Positions 14,250 through 28,775 of a stretch of 64,000 nucleotides of DNA are shown here, in pieces; within the stretch, counting starts at the first letter, position 1, and every line of letters starts with the position of its first letter. The translations under genes and the position numbers were made by a program. Location of the stretch: positions 62,001-126,000 of the forward strand of contig NIVC01000106.1 of NCBI GenBank assembly GCA_002269645.1. Direction: 5' to 3'. This stretch comes from Macrostomum lignano (taxonomy: Eukaryota). The notes below the pieces were generated by a model, which saw only the letters and a program-made list of their open reading frames with translations, did not search any database and was not told the DNA's origin.

Positions 14250-14452
14250 TTGATTGATAGACTTGATTTCTATGATTGATAGACTTGATTTCTATGATTG
14301 ATGGATTTGATTTCTATGGTTGATACTCGTAGACTTAATTTCTATGATTGATAGACTTGATTTCTATGGTTGATAGACTTGATTTCTATGATTGATAGAC
14401 TTGATTTCTATGATTGATAGATTTGATTTTTATTATTGATAGACTTGATTTA
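14250..14452. repeat. Minisatellite, 22-bp unit GATTGATAGACTTGATTTCTAT, next to the prospero exon 2 donor
   Basis: About 9 copies ending ~12 bp from the exon boundary. Confidence 0.85.
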
Positions 14453-14464
14453 AAAAATTCAGAC

Positions 14465-14908
14465 CTGCGAAATTCCGTCGTATGCTGACGCCGTTATCTC
14501 GTTGCCATTGGCAACGCCGCTCACGGAAGATTCGGGACTCGCCACTCTGACGACTCCGACGCTGCCGCCCCCGCCGCCTCTGGAAGCGCCGCGAGGTGAG
14601 CGGCTGACTTCGGCAGCAGCTGCCGAGGCTCGTCCGTTGATGTTGGCGAACGGCTGCGAGTGCGGAAAGCCCGCGGCGGCGGCTGCAGCGGCTGCGGCGG
14701 CGGGGTGACTCACCGCCGGGCAGAAAAAAGGCGGGAAGCCGACGACCGAGCAGGATGATGAAGAGGAGGTCGCTGAAGAAGTCGGCGGCAGTTGTGGCGG
14801 TCCCTCAACGCTCATGAGGGCAGCAGCGGCGGCGTGATGTCGACTGGCGGCGGCTGCGGCGGCAGCGGCAACAGCAGAGCGTGCTGGGGACAAACGGGTG
14901 TCCGTGAC
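14465..14908 (-). CDS. pros: prospero/PROX coding exon 2 of 5
   Basis: Begins VTDTRLSP, continuing the conserved PKKKRTKV/TDTR motif from exon 1. Acceptor CCCCAG at 14909, donor GTCTGA at 14464; phase 0/0. Confidence 0.88.
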
Positions 14909-14939
14909 CTGGGGTTGGGCAGCCGGGACAGGGGGGGCA

Positions 14940-15505
14940 GATAGATTTCTACTGTAGATTGATAGATTTCTACTGTAGATTGATAGATTTCTGCGGTAGA
15001 TTGGTAGATTTCTACCGTAGATTGATGGATTTTTACCGTAGATTGATAGATTTCTGCGGTAGATTGATAGATTTCTACCGTAGATTGATGGATTTTTACC
15101 GTAGATTGATAGATTTCTACTGTAGATTAATAGATTTCTACTGTAGATTAATAGATTTCTACTGTAGATTGATAGATTTCTACTCTAGATTGATAGATTT
15201 CTACTCTAGATTGATAGATTTCTACTGTAGATTGATGGATATCTACTGTAGATTGATAGATTTCCACCGTAGATTGATAGATTTCTACCGTAGATTGATA
15301 GATTTCTACCGTAGATTGATAGATTTCTACCGTAGATTGATGAATTTCTACTGTAGATTGATAGATTTCTACTGTAGATTGATGGATTTCTACTGTAGAT
15401 TAATAGATTTCTACCGTAGATTGATGAATTTCTACTGTAGATTGATAGGTTTCTACCGTAGTTCAACCGTAGATTGATTGATTTCCCTGGTAGATTGATA
15501 GATTT
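14940..15505. repeat. Minisatellite, 21-bp unit TAGATTGATAGATTTCTAC(T/C)G, filling prospero intron 1
   Basis: About 26 copies; source of the RLIDFYC ORF. Confidence 0.95.
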
Positions 15506-15552
15506 CTACTATCCGTCTACCGGCGCACTGTCGGCAATTCAGCCCCAATCAC

Positions 15553-17139
15553 CTTTGTTCTCTTCTTTTTCGGCGGTCCGATCGGCATCGCCAGCTCGTT
15601 GCCATGCGTGTGCATCTGCCGGTTGCCGCCGCCAACACCCGCATGCTGCTGCTGCTGCTGATGATGATGATGGTGATGATGCATCTGATGCAGACTGTGA
15701 TGCTGCTGCTGCTGCTGCTGCTGCTCCTTCTTTCGAGCCTCATGCTGATGGTGCTGAAACAGTGCGGCCGCTGCTGAATAATGCGGCGGCGGCGGGGGCG
15801 GCGGTGGCGGCGGCGGGTGAAAGGGCAGGTGCGGTGGAGGCGGCGGCAGGAAGTGTCCTGGACCTCTGGAGACCGCCGACGAGGGCAACGGCAGGGGCGG
15901 AGGCGGCATCTGCGACGTCTGCTGCGAAGTCGACTGGGGAGGCAGCGGATGCGCAGGCGGAGGCGGAGGCGGCGGCCTCCAGTGCTCGTCGAACAGAAGC
16001 CGGCGTCCGAAATCGCCGCAAAACTGATGATGCTGGGAATGCGGATGCTGGGGCATCGGTGGCGGTTTCGGGAAGCCTTCAGGCAGCATTGGGAAGGAAT
16101 AGAGACCGAACGGCGGCCGCTGCTGCTGCTGTTGTAGGAAATGCTGGTCATGAGCAGCTCGAGCGGCTGCTGCCAGCCGCATTTGAGTTTTCACGCCATC
16201 GCGAATTTTGCCAACCAGCGAGTCCACCATGCGCCCGACATCGTCGCTCATCTGCTTCTTCAAGGCGTCGGCGAGGCTGCGCAGCTGCGGCTCTGTCAGG
16301 AATGGCGGCAGAGGCAGCGGCAAAGTGGTTGGAGGCTGTGCCGTCTGGTTTGATTGGCCTTCATCTTTGTCTTTATTGTTATTGTTGTTGCCGCTGCAGC
16401 TGTCGGGTTTGCTGGTCTCAGCCTCGGCGCCAGCTGCCGATGAAGCGCTGCTATCCATGAGTCTGGCGTAGTGAGTCTGCATCGCGCTGAGCTCAGCGCG
16501 AACTCGACGGATTTCAGCACGCACCTCTATTGAATCTTCTTCCGGAAGCTGCTGCTGCTGCTGCTCGGCTTCGGTGCTGTCAGCCTGCGGCGTCTCAGCG
16601 TCCAAGTCGGCATCTTCGTCGGGGTCTTCTTCTTGGTCTTCGACGTCGTCTTCATCGGAGTCGGCAGTCAGCGGCTGCGGCGTGCTCTGTTTCCGTTTGC
16701 GACGTCGACGGCACAGTTCGGCGCGTGTGTCGTTGAACTCTTCTGGCTCCGCTGGTGCCGCTCCAGCTTCCTCGTCCTCCATCGCGAACTCTTCCTCGCC
16801 GACGTCATTGTCGTCAACTTCGTCGTCATCCTCGACAACTCCGTCGAATGCGGCGGCAGCGACGTCGGCGTCGTCTGCGTCGATGACACCGCCGATGCCG
16901 ACTTCGCATTCGTCGTCAATTTCGTCCAACTCGTCGAGTTCGCGGTCGTTTTGAACCGGCTTCAGGATGCTGCGCACGTAGTAGTCGGCCAGCTTCCGGT
17001 TGGCAGCAGTTCCGGTAGCAGATTCGTCGGAAGCTGGCGGCGCGGCTGCCGGAGTGACGTCAGAGGCCGTGTTGTTGACGACGGTGGTGGCGTCGGAGGA
17101 TTTGCTTTCGATAGCCGGCATGGCAGCGAGAGCGCTCAT
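15553..17139 (-). CDS. pros: prospero/PROX coding exon 1 of 5 (acidic, poly-Q/H/P N-terminal region)
   Basis: Long ORF from ATG 17139 with an in-frame TGA just upstream. Contains PROX-like helices (EIRRVRAELSAMQTHY; LADALKKQMSDDVGRMVDSLV) and ends PPKKKRTK at donor GTGATT. The start codon is uncertain if an upstream exon exists. Confidence 0.88.
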
Positions 17140-17569
17140 GGTCTGGATGGTGACGGGTTTAAGGCTCAATTTTCAAATCTCCAACTTGAGTCATTAATCT
17201 CATATAGAAAATTCTAGTTTTGAATACAAACTTCACGAAAATTGTTGACTTCCGGTTTGCTTAAATTTCTTGAAAGATGGATAAAAAAATATTGCTACAA
17301 GTTTGTGTATCGGATCCATTGCCTGTTTTTTTAGAATAGATCTTTATCTAATATTTGAGATTCGAATTCACTTCCGGGCTATGGATTTTGCTGCTGGTGG
17401 CTTCCTGCGAATCAGTTTATCTATCAATGCTGCTTCTTATCAATCGGCCATTTGGTTGGTTAGTCAGGTTGTGCAGACCGGTCTGTTGCTCCCGCAGAGG
17501 ACAAGGACGCCCAGAACGAGAGACTGGGTAGACTGGGTCGGTGAACAGTCTAGCGCATGGTCGCGGGCC

Positions 17570-18120
<551 letters not shown>

Positions 18121-19734
18121 GAAAAAAGAAAAAAAAGAAGACACACAAACCTTGAGCGGGCGGCATGCATAGCCGAGTTAGTGAACAGTTTAACAAAGGC
18201 CAAAAGAATCCATATAAACGGCGATTTGAATTGAATTTTGAAACTGCTCAGTTCAGTTACAGTACACCAATAGTCTCAACTATTTGCATTTAAGAAAGAG
18301 CCGCGCTCACAGCATCAACACTGTGAGGCATCTTCGAGAGTCTATAAATGGCCCAGAAAGACAAGACAAGCCACTGGTTGCTCAAACAAGACTCAGCATA
18401 AAAACGGGGGTCCTTTCCACCTTCTAGGTCAGCTTATTCAACTCTTAACATCTATTCTGCATTCAATATTCTCGCATAAAAGTGAGCAAAAAAAGATCGA
18501 AAAAACACTAATTAGCATATGGATAGTCTGAGAACTCGGGGAGCTGGCAAGAGAAAGTCCCCTAGTGTCACGTGACCCAGTTTTGTGGACACCATTTTTT
18601 GCCGTTTTTCAATAATCCCATCCGTAGGAAGGCGTCCTGAGGAAGGTTATCTTATAATTTCGAGGAGTCATGCCGATGATTCTGTACATATGGATGACGT
18701 CATACAGAGGATTCTATTTATACAGATGATGTCATACTAGTACAGAGGATTCTACTGATATAGATGACGTCATACAGAGGATGCTAATATGGATGACGTC
18801 ATACGAGCACAGGGGATTCTATATATAGTGTAGATAGCACCATAAACTACAGAAAACTGCAGTGCACTATTGTGTCAACTCTATAGGAAAATATTAAATT
18901 TGACCAACTCAAACTCTGAAATAAGCCTGTGTGCAACAGGAGTTCAGTAGCGCACCTGCGCCACTCCCAAACCTCCGCCCCAGTTGCTCCATCCATCTCC
19001 TTATCAGTTTGAACTTGCCGCGCGCAAACCAGCAGCAATTACGAGTACCTTGCCTCAAAAATTTCAGTTTCGTGTGGCACAGGTTCGCAAAAAATAGGCG
19101 AGACAAGTGAAAGTTAAAGAAGGAATTCTATATAAAGGTGGCGTGGCTATCTATATAGGTAGGCATGGGTAAACACACTTCAAAGCCTCTCTGGCGGTAC
19201 GATTCAAAAGAGAAAGGCGCCCCCATAGGAACTGCAGAATTTCCTCTATTTTCTCTTTCCCCTAGAAGAAGACACTTCGGGCTTCACAGAGGCCAGCCGC
19301 ACAGAATTGATCCTAATTTATCAGGCGATCTGCAGGTTAAAGTCTTATAGTAGTATTCTAGTCTGTTGAGGAAGATGGAGCAATCAAAACCGGGGGAGGA
19401 AAACCTTTGCGGGAAAGAGGGTCCTCTTAATGTCAATTTTTCCATGGGAACTGGGAGCGGCTGCCGAAGTTGCCATCAATAATATAAGCTTTAAAAGTGT
19501 CTCTTTATTTTTACCGGTGCTGTTTGATAAATGTAAATCGTAAAATTCAGTGGGGCCAAAACCTTTACTATGAATGCGAATGGACAAGTTTTTAGTAATC
19601 CATGGATGGCTTTCTCGCAAGTCGGGACCAGGTTGTCCTAGCAGCAACATACTTCTTAATATTGGGTACTGAGGGCTTCCGACTGCTTGAATACATGAAG
19701 GAGCTAATGACAGAGATGAGATATACAGGCAGAC

Positions 19735-20085
<351 letters not shown>

Positions 20086-20850
20086 ACAGGAAGGGAGAGA
20101 CCAGACAGGAAGGGAGAGACCGGACAGGAAGGGAGAGACCAGACAGCAAGGGAGAGACCAGACAGGGAGGGAGAGACCAGACAGGAAGGGAGAGACCAGA
20201 CAGGGAGGGAGAGACCAGACAGGAAGGGAGAGACCAGACAGCAAGGGAGAGACCAGACAGGAAGGGAGAGACCAGACAGGAAGGGAGAGACCAGACAGGA
20301 AGGGAGAGACCAGACAGGGAGGGAGAGACCAGACAGGAAGGGAGAGACCAGACAGGGAGGAAGAGACCAGACAGGGAGGAAGAGACCAGACAGGGAGGAA
20401 GAGACCAGACAGGGAGGAAGAGACCAGACAGGGAGGAAGAGACCAGACAGGGAGGAAGAGACCAGACAGGGAGGAAGAGACCAGACAGGGAGGAAGAGAC
20501 CAGACAGGGAGGAAGAGACCAGACAGGGAGGAAGAGACCAGACAGGGAGGAAGAGACCAGACAGGGAGGAAGAGACCAGACAGGGAGGAAGAGACCAGAC
20601 AGGGAGGAAGAGACCAGACAGGGAGGAAGAGACCAGACAGGGAGGAAGAGACCAGACAGGGAGGAAGAGACCAGACAGGGAGGAAGAGACCAGACAGGGA
20701 GGAAGAGACCAGACAGGGAGGAAGAGACCAGACAGCAAGGGAGAGACCAAACAGGGAGGAAGAGACCAGACAGGGAGGAAGAGACCAGACAGGGAGGAAG
20801 AGACCAGACAGGGAGGAAGAGACCAGACAGCAAGGGAGAGATCAGACAGG
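20086..20850. repeat. Minisatellite, 19-bp unit CCAGACAGGGAGGAAGAGA
   Basis: Tandem copies grading out of the (CAGA)n tract. Confidence 0.95.
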
Positions 20851-21584
20851 AGCAGTAAAGGCAGACTTGCTCAACTCTTAAACCAATTCACTCACCGCTT
20901 GACAGACGGCAGACAAACTGGAAGCCACTTGCAGTTCTCCGAAGCAAAACAAGTCGATTAGCGATTCGCAGAGACAATCGGGAGATTTTTGTTGCTGCTA
21001 GCAGGATTTCGGAGGCGGAGCGGGGCTCTTAAAAAATCCCCAGAAGGGGGATGAGGAAGGAAAAGGAGGGGAGGCGGGGATCTCCCACCGGATTGGGGAG
21101 AATGGCGGTGAGGAGGCTATCCGGGATTGGGCGCCAACCGGGGGCGGAGCGCAGAAGGGTGAGGAATTGACTTAGAAGACGTTTTTAGGGGAGCAATTCC
21201 CGCGACCCCAATAATGGAGTGGCATTTTCAAGAAGGGTTTGAGGAAATTTGTTTTCCAGCTAATGGGGAGGCTGGTGATCGGAAGCTGCGACTGCTGCTT
21301 GCTCATTGGAGGAACTGCAGGGATCAGGGATTATAGAGATCTGGAAATGACACACAGCCAGTATTGCTTTTCAACTTCTATTCTGTCACCTGTTAGTCAC
21401 GTCGCGTCTCTGTAACATAGCCAGGCATCGCGGTCTAACTTTTTGCCAGTGTTTTTCTTAGTTTTTTAAGTTACATATACTTGTACGTACCATCATATTC
21501 GTGTTGAAAATTGTAAAAGTAAGAATTCAATTTTTAATAGTCATCATGCCGTCTGGGAAGCCATGACTCCCGTAACAACTCATA

Positions 21585-21805
21585 TGACCCCATGACTCCC
21601 ACAACCCCCATGACTCTCATGAACCCCCAATGACCGGATGACAACCATCCCATGACCCCTATGACCTTCATGACCTTCATCACGGCTTGATGAATCTCAT
21701 GATTCCCATGACCCTCGTGATCCCCATGACCCTCATGATCCCAATGACCCTCATGGTCCCCATGACCCTCATGATCCCCATGACCCTCATGATCCCCATG
21801 ACCCT
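21585..21805. repeat. Minisatellite, ~18-bp unit CCCCATGACCCTCATGAT
   Basis: Read directly; degenerate on the left. Confidence 0.8.
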
Positions 21806-22167
21806 CAGTACGAGTATATTACGAGTATATGTACACGACGAAATTAGAAGTTTATACGAAGTGGCTATACTTTATAGATGATGTAATAATGCAATATTGC
21901 TATAAACTTGTTCAGTGTCTCTAAGTCTGTCAGCCAATCCAATTATCAAATATAGGAAGCTCGGCCCCTGATGCTGGTATCATTATACCGACATACAGGT
22001 ATGAACTATGAATTGAGTATGTCACGTGCTGCAGGAGCCCCTGGACAATGTTTTATCACTCAGGCCAATATGGCAAACAATTTAAGCTGTACAAAGGGCC
22101 TAGACAATTAGGATCTCCTTGTTGAAGGGGCACAATATCTTGAATTGAAGCCTCGGCAGAGTCCATA

Positions 22168-24870
22168 AAGGGGGCGCCATGGACAGCTGCTGATGAAGGG
22201 GGCGCCACAGCTACAGCTACTGATGAAGGGGGCGCCACAGCCACAGCTACTGATGAAGGGGGCGCCATGCACAGCTGCTGATGAAGGGGGCGCCACAGCC
22301 ACAGCTATACTGATGAAGGGGGCGCCATGCACAGCTACTGATGAAGGGGGCGCCACAGCCACTGATGAAGGGGGCGCCACAGCTACTGATGAAGGGGGCG
22401 CCATGCACAGCTACTGATGAAGGGGGCGCCACAGCCACTGATGAAGGGGGCGCCACAGCTACTGATGAAGGGGGCGCCATGCACAGCTACTGATGAAGGG
22501 GCGCCACAGCCACAGCTACTGATGAAGGGGGCGCCACAGCCACTGATGAAGGGGGCGCCACAGCTACTGATGAAGGGGGCGCCATGCACAGCTACTGATG
22601 AAGGGGGCGCCACAGCCACTGATGAAGGGGGCGCCACAGCTACTGATGAAGGGGGCGCCATGCACAGCTACTGATGAAGGGGCGCCACAGCCACAGCTAC
22701 TGATGAAGGGGGCGCCACAGCCACAGCTACTGATGAAGGGGGCGCCACAGCCACAGCTACTGATGAAGGGGGCGCCACAGCTACAGCTACTGATGAAGGG
22801 GCGCCACAGCTACAGCTACTGATGAAGGGGGCGCCACAGCTACAGCTACTGATGAAGGGGGCGCCACAGCCACAGCTATACTGATGAAGGGGGCGCCATG
22901 CACAGCTGCTGATGAAGGGGGCGCCACAGCTACAGCTACTGATGAAGGGGGCGCCACAGCTACAGCTGCTGATGAAGGGGGCGCCACAGCTACAGCTACT
23001 GATGAAGGGGCGCCACAGCTACAGCTACTGATGAAGGGGGCGCCATGCACAGCTACTGATGAAGGGGGCGCCACAGCCACTGATGAAGGGGGCGCCACAG
23101 CTACTGATGAAGGGGGCGCCATGCACAGCTACTGATGAAGGGGCGCCACAGCTACAGCTACTGATGAAGGGGGCGCCATGCACAGCTACTGATGAAGGGG
23201 GCGCCACAGCCACTGATGAAGGGGGCGCCACAGCTACTGATGAAGGGGGCGCCATGCACAGCTACTGATGAAGGGGGCGCCATGCACAGCTACTGATGAA
23301 GGGGGCGCCACAGCCACTGATGAAGGGGGCGCCACAGCTACAGCTACTGATGAAGGGGGCGCCACAGCTACAGCTACTGATGAAGGGGCGCCACAGCCAC
23401 AGCTACTGATGAAGGGGGCGCCACAGCTACAGCTACTGATGAAGGGGGCGCCACAGCTACAGCTACTGATGAAGGGAGCGCCACAGCCACAGCTATACTG
23501 ATGAAGGGGGCGCCATGCACAGCTACTGATGAAGGGGGCGCCATGCACAGCTACTGAGATGAAGGGGGCGCCACAGCTACTGATGAAGGGTGCGCCACAG
23601 CCACAGCTACTGATGAAGGGGGCGCCATGCACAGCTGCTGATGAAGGGGGCGCCACAGCCACAGCTATACTGATGAAGGGGGCGCCATGCACAGCTACTG
23701 ATGAAGGGGGCGCCACAGCCACTGATGAAGGGGGCGCCACAGCTACTGATGAAGGGGGCGCCATGCACAGCTACTGATGAAGGGGGCGCCATGCACAGCT
23801 ACTGATGAAGGGGCGCCACAGCCACAGCTACTGATGAAGGGGGCGCCACAGCTACAGCTACTGATGAAGGGGGCGCCACAGCCACAGCTACTGATGAAGG
23901 GGGCGCCACAGCCACAGCTATACTGAAGGGGGCGCCATGCACAGCTGCTGATGAAGGGGGCGCCACAGCTACAGCTACTGATGAAGGGGGCGCCACAGCT
24001 ACAGCTACTGATGAAGGGGCGCCACAGCCACAGCTACTGATGAAGGGGGCGCCACAGCCACAGCTATACTGATGAAGGGGGCGCCATGCACAGCTACTGA
24101 TGAAGGGGGCGCCACAGCCACTGATGAAGGGGGCGCCACAGCTACTGATGAAGGGGGCGCCATGCACAGCTACTGATGAAGGGGGCGCCACAGCCACTGA
24201 TGAAGGGGGCGCCACAGCTACTGATGAAGGGGGCGCCATGCACAGCTACTGATGAAGGGGCGCCACAGCCACAGCTACTGATGAAGGGGGCGCCACAGCT
24301 ACAGCTACTGATGAAGGGGGCGCCACAGCCACAGCTACTGATGAAGGGGCGCCACAGCCACAGCTATACTGAAGGGGGCGCCATGCACAGCTGCTGATGA
24401 AGGGGGCGCCACAGCTACAGCTACTGATGAAGGGGGCGCCACAGCTACAGCTACTGATGAAGGGGGCGCCATGCACAGCTACTGATGAAGGGGCGCCACA
24501 GCCACAGCTACTGATGAAGGGGGCGCCACAGCTACAGCTACTGATGAAGGGGGCGCCACAGCCACAGCTACTGATGAAGGGGGCGCCACAGCCACAGCTA
24601 TACTGAAGGGGGCGCCATGCACAGCTGCTGATGAAGGGGGCGCCACAGCTACAGCTACTGATGAAGGGGGCGCCACAGCTACAGCTACTGATGAAGGGGC
24701 GCCACAGCCACAGCTACTGATGAAGGGGGCGCCACAGCTACAGCTACTGATGAAGGGGGCGCCACAGCTACAGCTACTGATGAAGGGAGCGCCACAGCCA
24801 CAGCTATACTGATGAAGGGGGCGCCATGCACAGCTACTGATGAAGGGGCGCCATGACAGCTATTGATGAA
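22168..24870. repeat. Compound minisatellite with core CAGCTACTGATGAAGGGGGCGCCA plus variable CAGCYA/TGCA linkers (~2.7 kb)
   Basis: Variant units of roughly 24-30 bp with recurring higher-order blocks; source of the many MKGAP/APPSS ORFs. Confidence 0.95.
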
Positions 24871-25814
24871 GGGGTTTTTGCCAGCCTATATTGCCCCCTG
24901 CCTATGCGTCTGTAACGGTGAAGCGCAGCAGCAATAACTTAGAACTCACCCCCTTTGTCTGCAATTGAGCTGATACCTGATTGCAGGTAGACCAGACATA
25001 CAGGCGTCCAGTCACGGTGCAGGTATTCTCAACAAGTGATGGAGTTATTTGTGACAGTCGACACCAGGGACAGCCTTGTGCAAGAATCTGGAAGCAGCTT
25101 CTTCCTAGTGATTGCCATGCCACAACACGTGCCTACGTCAACAAGGCTCCACAAACTCTCCAGACGTCTCGTTCAAAAGGGTCTCCATGGCACACAGATT
25201 ATGAACCTGATATTAGAAGCTAAGAGCCGCATTCAGCTATATAGCAGAAGTTTCTACAGAGCCTGCAACAAAAGCATTTTTTGTTTTTTTCGCTGCATCT
25301 GACAACAGCGCAACTCGGAAAAACTTACATGTAGCAGAGCAAAAAATCAACATTCGAGACTGGAGCAGCAGCAGAAGTGTCTTGCAGCAGTTTGTCAGCA
25401 AGCAGACAATCATGGAGCATGTTTTGAAGACTGCCTGACATCGGGCAGATTCACTGATGCAGATCTGTTTCACTCTTTATTTTACAGGCACCCCTATACA
25501 ATATCTGCGTTTTTTCTCACCGTTACGCGCTGTTTCGCTTTCACAGCCAGTTGAGCAAAGTGAATTGAATTGACTTTGCGAGCAGGAGGGACGCTGTGCA
25601 GTGAGCTGCCGGAGGCTTGTGTCAAGTTTTGTTTTACTGCAGAGTGAAATATTTCTGAGAGAGAGCTGCAGGATTTTACCTGCTTTCGCTGGCGTTGTTC
25701 TGCTTGATTGAGTTTTGCTTGCGGCTGCTGCTGCTTCTAGGAGAAAAGGCTGGGGACAACAGTAAACTTTAAACTGCAAATACGCGGCTGTATTTTAACT
25801 CTTCAGAGTTATTT

Positions 25815-25874
25815 TCTGTCTGTCTGTCTTAGTGTTTGTCTGTCTGTCTGTCTGTCTGTCTGCCTGTCTATCTA

Positions 25875-25937
<63 letters not shown>

Positions 25938-25938
25938 T

Positions 25939-26005
<67 letters not shown>

Positions 26006-26010
26006 ATCTA

Positions 26011-26041
<31 letters not shown>

Positions 26042-26042
26042 T

Positions 26043-26117
<75 letters not shown>

Positions 26118-26150
26118 ATCTATCTGTCTGTCTGTCTGTCTGTCTATCTC

Positions 26151-26212
<62 letters not shown>

Positions 26213-26246
26213 AGTCAGTCAGTCAGTCAGTCAGTCAGTCAGTCAG
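25815..26246. repeat. (GTCT)n / (GTCA)n microsatellite
   Basis: Read directly. Confidence 0.95.
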
Positions 26247-27464
26247 ATAAGAACCCAGTCAGCGAAAGCTGATCACAATCGAACAATCAGGGAAGTGAGT
26301 GGCACAGCACTGCAGCACAGCCATGATCAGTGAGCTGAACACAAACAGCCCTCGCATCAGTCTGCACACAGCATCTGAAGCATTTGCATAGCAAAATTGG
26401 CACAATTTAGCCCAGTAAACAGATGGGTAGCTCACCGAATCTCAATTATTGTTGAAGTGTATTTGACTTCAATCTTCCTCAATAGCGGCTCACACCCCTG
26501 ATCCTCATCATCTCCTCATCCTGAATTCTCAGCTTCACTCCCTGATAGACTTCCCGGGCGCACTCAAGCGAATGTGAAGTGTGGCAAGAGGAAAGTCAAT
26601 ATGAAAAATTTCTATATACATGTGCGGGGCACTTGTGCATTCCATCTTGGACTGGTGGGCTCTTCTTGTCAAGTGCTCAAGTATACAAGGAATACTAAAA
26701 TTCAAACGTCCTTAGCTATAGAGTTCTGGAGTGGAAACTGTTGCAAATAGTGTGTTTGTGTTAGGAGTAATACTCGTACGCTTTTAGTTGGAGAATTAAG
26801 GCGGGAATCTTCGGGGGAATTTAGGCGGCAATCTTTGAGAGAATTTAGGCATTAATTTTCAGGGGAATTTATTTGAGAATCATTCAGAGAGAATTTAGTT
26901 TTCAAGCCAGTCAATTATAAATCTCGTTTATAAGCCTGATTCACTCCAGAAAGTGGATGATTTGCACAAGCATTGCGTGGCCACTCAGGTTAATCCCCAA
27001 AGCCAGCCCGGGGTCACAAGACAATGGTCCCGGGGAGGAGAGACAAGGTTGAGAAGTGGGACACAGAAAGCGAGTTTGGAGAGGCCACTTAAAAGCAGAG
27101 AGGGCCACCTATCCGGCATATAAAACTGGCTAAGTGCTGGGCCATAAAAATCAGTTTATGGACAACAGAAGCTGCAGGGAGCTCGCAGTGAGAGAAAGCT
27201 TTGAGCAGAAAGAAGCAAAAACTTTTTGAGATGAGCAAGAGTATAGCAATTTCTGCTCCATAGACACCGAGTGCAAGGACTCTATTATAGAGACATGGAT
27301 TGCAGCAATGATTGGCTGAAATTAATTATATTTATACATAATTATCGATCACTTCAATCGATATTCAATCCAAACCCATGGATTAACCCAGACATCCAGG
27401 CGCTTTTATCGCAAGACAAACATTTAGGTCTAATCAAATTAAGTTTTTATAAAATTTGTGTCCT

Positions 27465-27718
27465 ATGAAATTTAGATCTTACGAAAATTAGGTCTTATAT
27501 GAAGCTTACGTTTCATGAAAATTAGCTCCCCTGAAATTTAGGTCTTTTGGAGTTTGGGTCCTATGAAATTTAGGTCTTATGAAGCTTAGGTTTCATGAAA
27601 ATTAGCTCCCCTGAAATTTAGGTCTAATGAAATTTAGGTCCTATGGAATTTAGGTCCAATGAAATTTAGGTTTACTGAAATTAAGGTCTTTTGAAGTTCA
27701 TGTCTAATGAAATTAAGG
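27465..27718. repeat. Degenerate ~16-bp tandem repeat ATGAAATTTAGGTC(C/T)
   Basis: Read directly; includes a duplicated sub-block of about 64 bp. Confidence 0.75.
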
Positions 27719-28005
27719 CAGCCGGCTTCGCTGTTAAATGGTATTTAGAAATCCCAAAGCTCTGACATCAGCCATCCACCGCGGGATGCCTCTTGGCTAC
27801 TGACTGAGACACCATAAAATCACGCAGATCCCGTCCCATGCAACCCGAGTGCCCCACATGCGAGCACCAAAAAACTTTTCAATCCTTGATCCCGGATCCT
27901 GCAGGAATCGTTGATTCTACCCAACACACGACAGACTCAAAATTACCCAAATTCAATTAGCTGAGAGCACTAGATTAACAATCATCTGTCCTGCTAATAG
28001 TAAGC

Positions 28006-28036
<31 letters not shown>

Positions 28037-28244
28037 TCCTAAACAACAATAATCCCAAGTGGAAGCGGGAATAGAAGTCAAACCATATGAAATTATACGC
28101 GTTATATGCTTGCAGCACTCGGTAATATGAACATATAGATATTTTTTAGATAACTGATTTCCTGTCGCGTGCTCATCCAGGACCTGACTTGACTGGCCAC
28201 TTGAGACCGGCGAGGTATGGGGATTTCGATTAATTCACCCTCTG

Positions 28245-28775
28245 ATCCTTCTCATTTACCCTCCGATCCTTCTTCCCATTTACCCTCCGAGCCTTCTTCC
28301 CATTTACCCTCCGAGCCTTCTTCCCATTTACCCTCCGATCCTTCTTCCCATTTAGCCTCCAATACTTCTTCCCATTTACCCTCCGAGCCTTCTTCCCATT
28401 TACCCTCCGAGCCTTCTTCCCATTTAGCCTCCAATACTTCTTCCCATTTACCCTCCGAGCCTTCTTCCCATTTACCCTCCGATCCTTCTTCCCATTTAGC
28501 CTCCAATACTTCTTCCCATTTAGCCTCCAATAATTCTTCCCATTTAGCCTCCGATCCTTCTTTCCATTTACCCTCCGAGCTTTCTTCCCATTTAGCCTCC
28601 GATCCTTCTTCCCATTTACCCTCCGAGCTTTCTTCCCATTTAGCCTCCGATCCTTCTTCCCATTTACCCTCCGAGCTTTCTTCCCATTTAGCCTCCGATC
28701 CTTCTTCCCATTTACCCTCCGAGCTTTCTTCCCATTTAGCCTCCGATCCTTCTTCCCATTTACCCTCCGAGCCTA
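28245..28775. repeat. Minisatellite, 24-bp unit CTTCTTCCCATTTACCCTCCGA(G/T)C
   Basis: The unit is a multiple of 3, which produces the PSEPSSHL ORF. Confidence 0.9.

Noticed and set aside
7162-14464. Possible U12/U2 twintron before the homeodomain, as known in Drosophila prospero
   Set aside because: I found only a GT donor and a CAG acceptor, with no ATATCC/GTATCC donor or TCCTTAAC branch site near the junctions.
15474-17217. Plus-strand ORFs of up to 328 aa opposite prospero exon 1, and similar shadow ORFs over the LINE and Fox exon 2
   Set aside because: Antisense or alternate-frame shadows of GC-rich coding sequence with no independent motifs.
20890-21000. Strong minus-strand donor (CG/GTGAGT at 20895) suggesting an upstream prospero 5'UTR exon
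   Set aside because: Plausible but unsupported without transcript data; there is no ATG-initiated frame or matching acceptor that I could verify.
22168-24870. CTGATGA in every unit suggested tandem hammerhead ribozymes (also on the minus strand of 8925-9860)
   Set aside because: The required downstream GAAA core and the three flanking stems are absent on the same strand.
24900-25330. Faint resemblance to the C-terminus of an L2/CR1 LINE ORF2
   Set aside because: Only a few scattered residues match and there is no RT core motif, tail or TSD.
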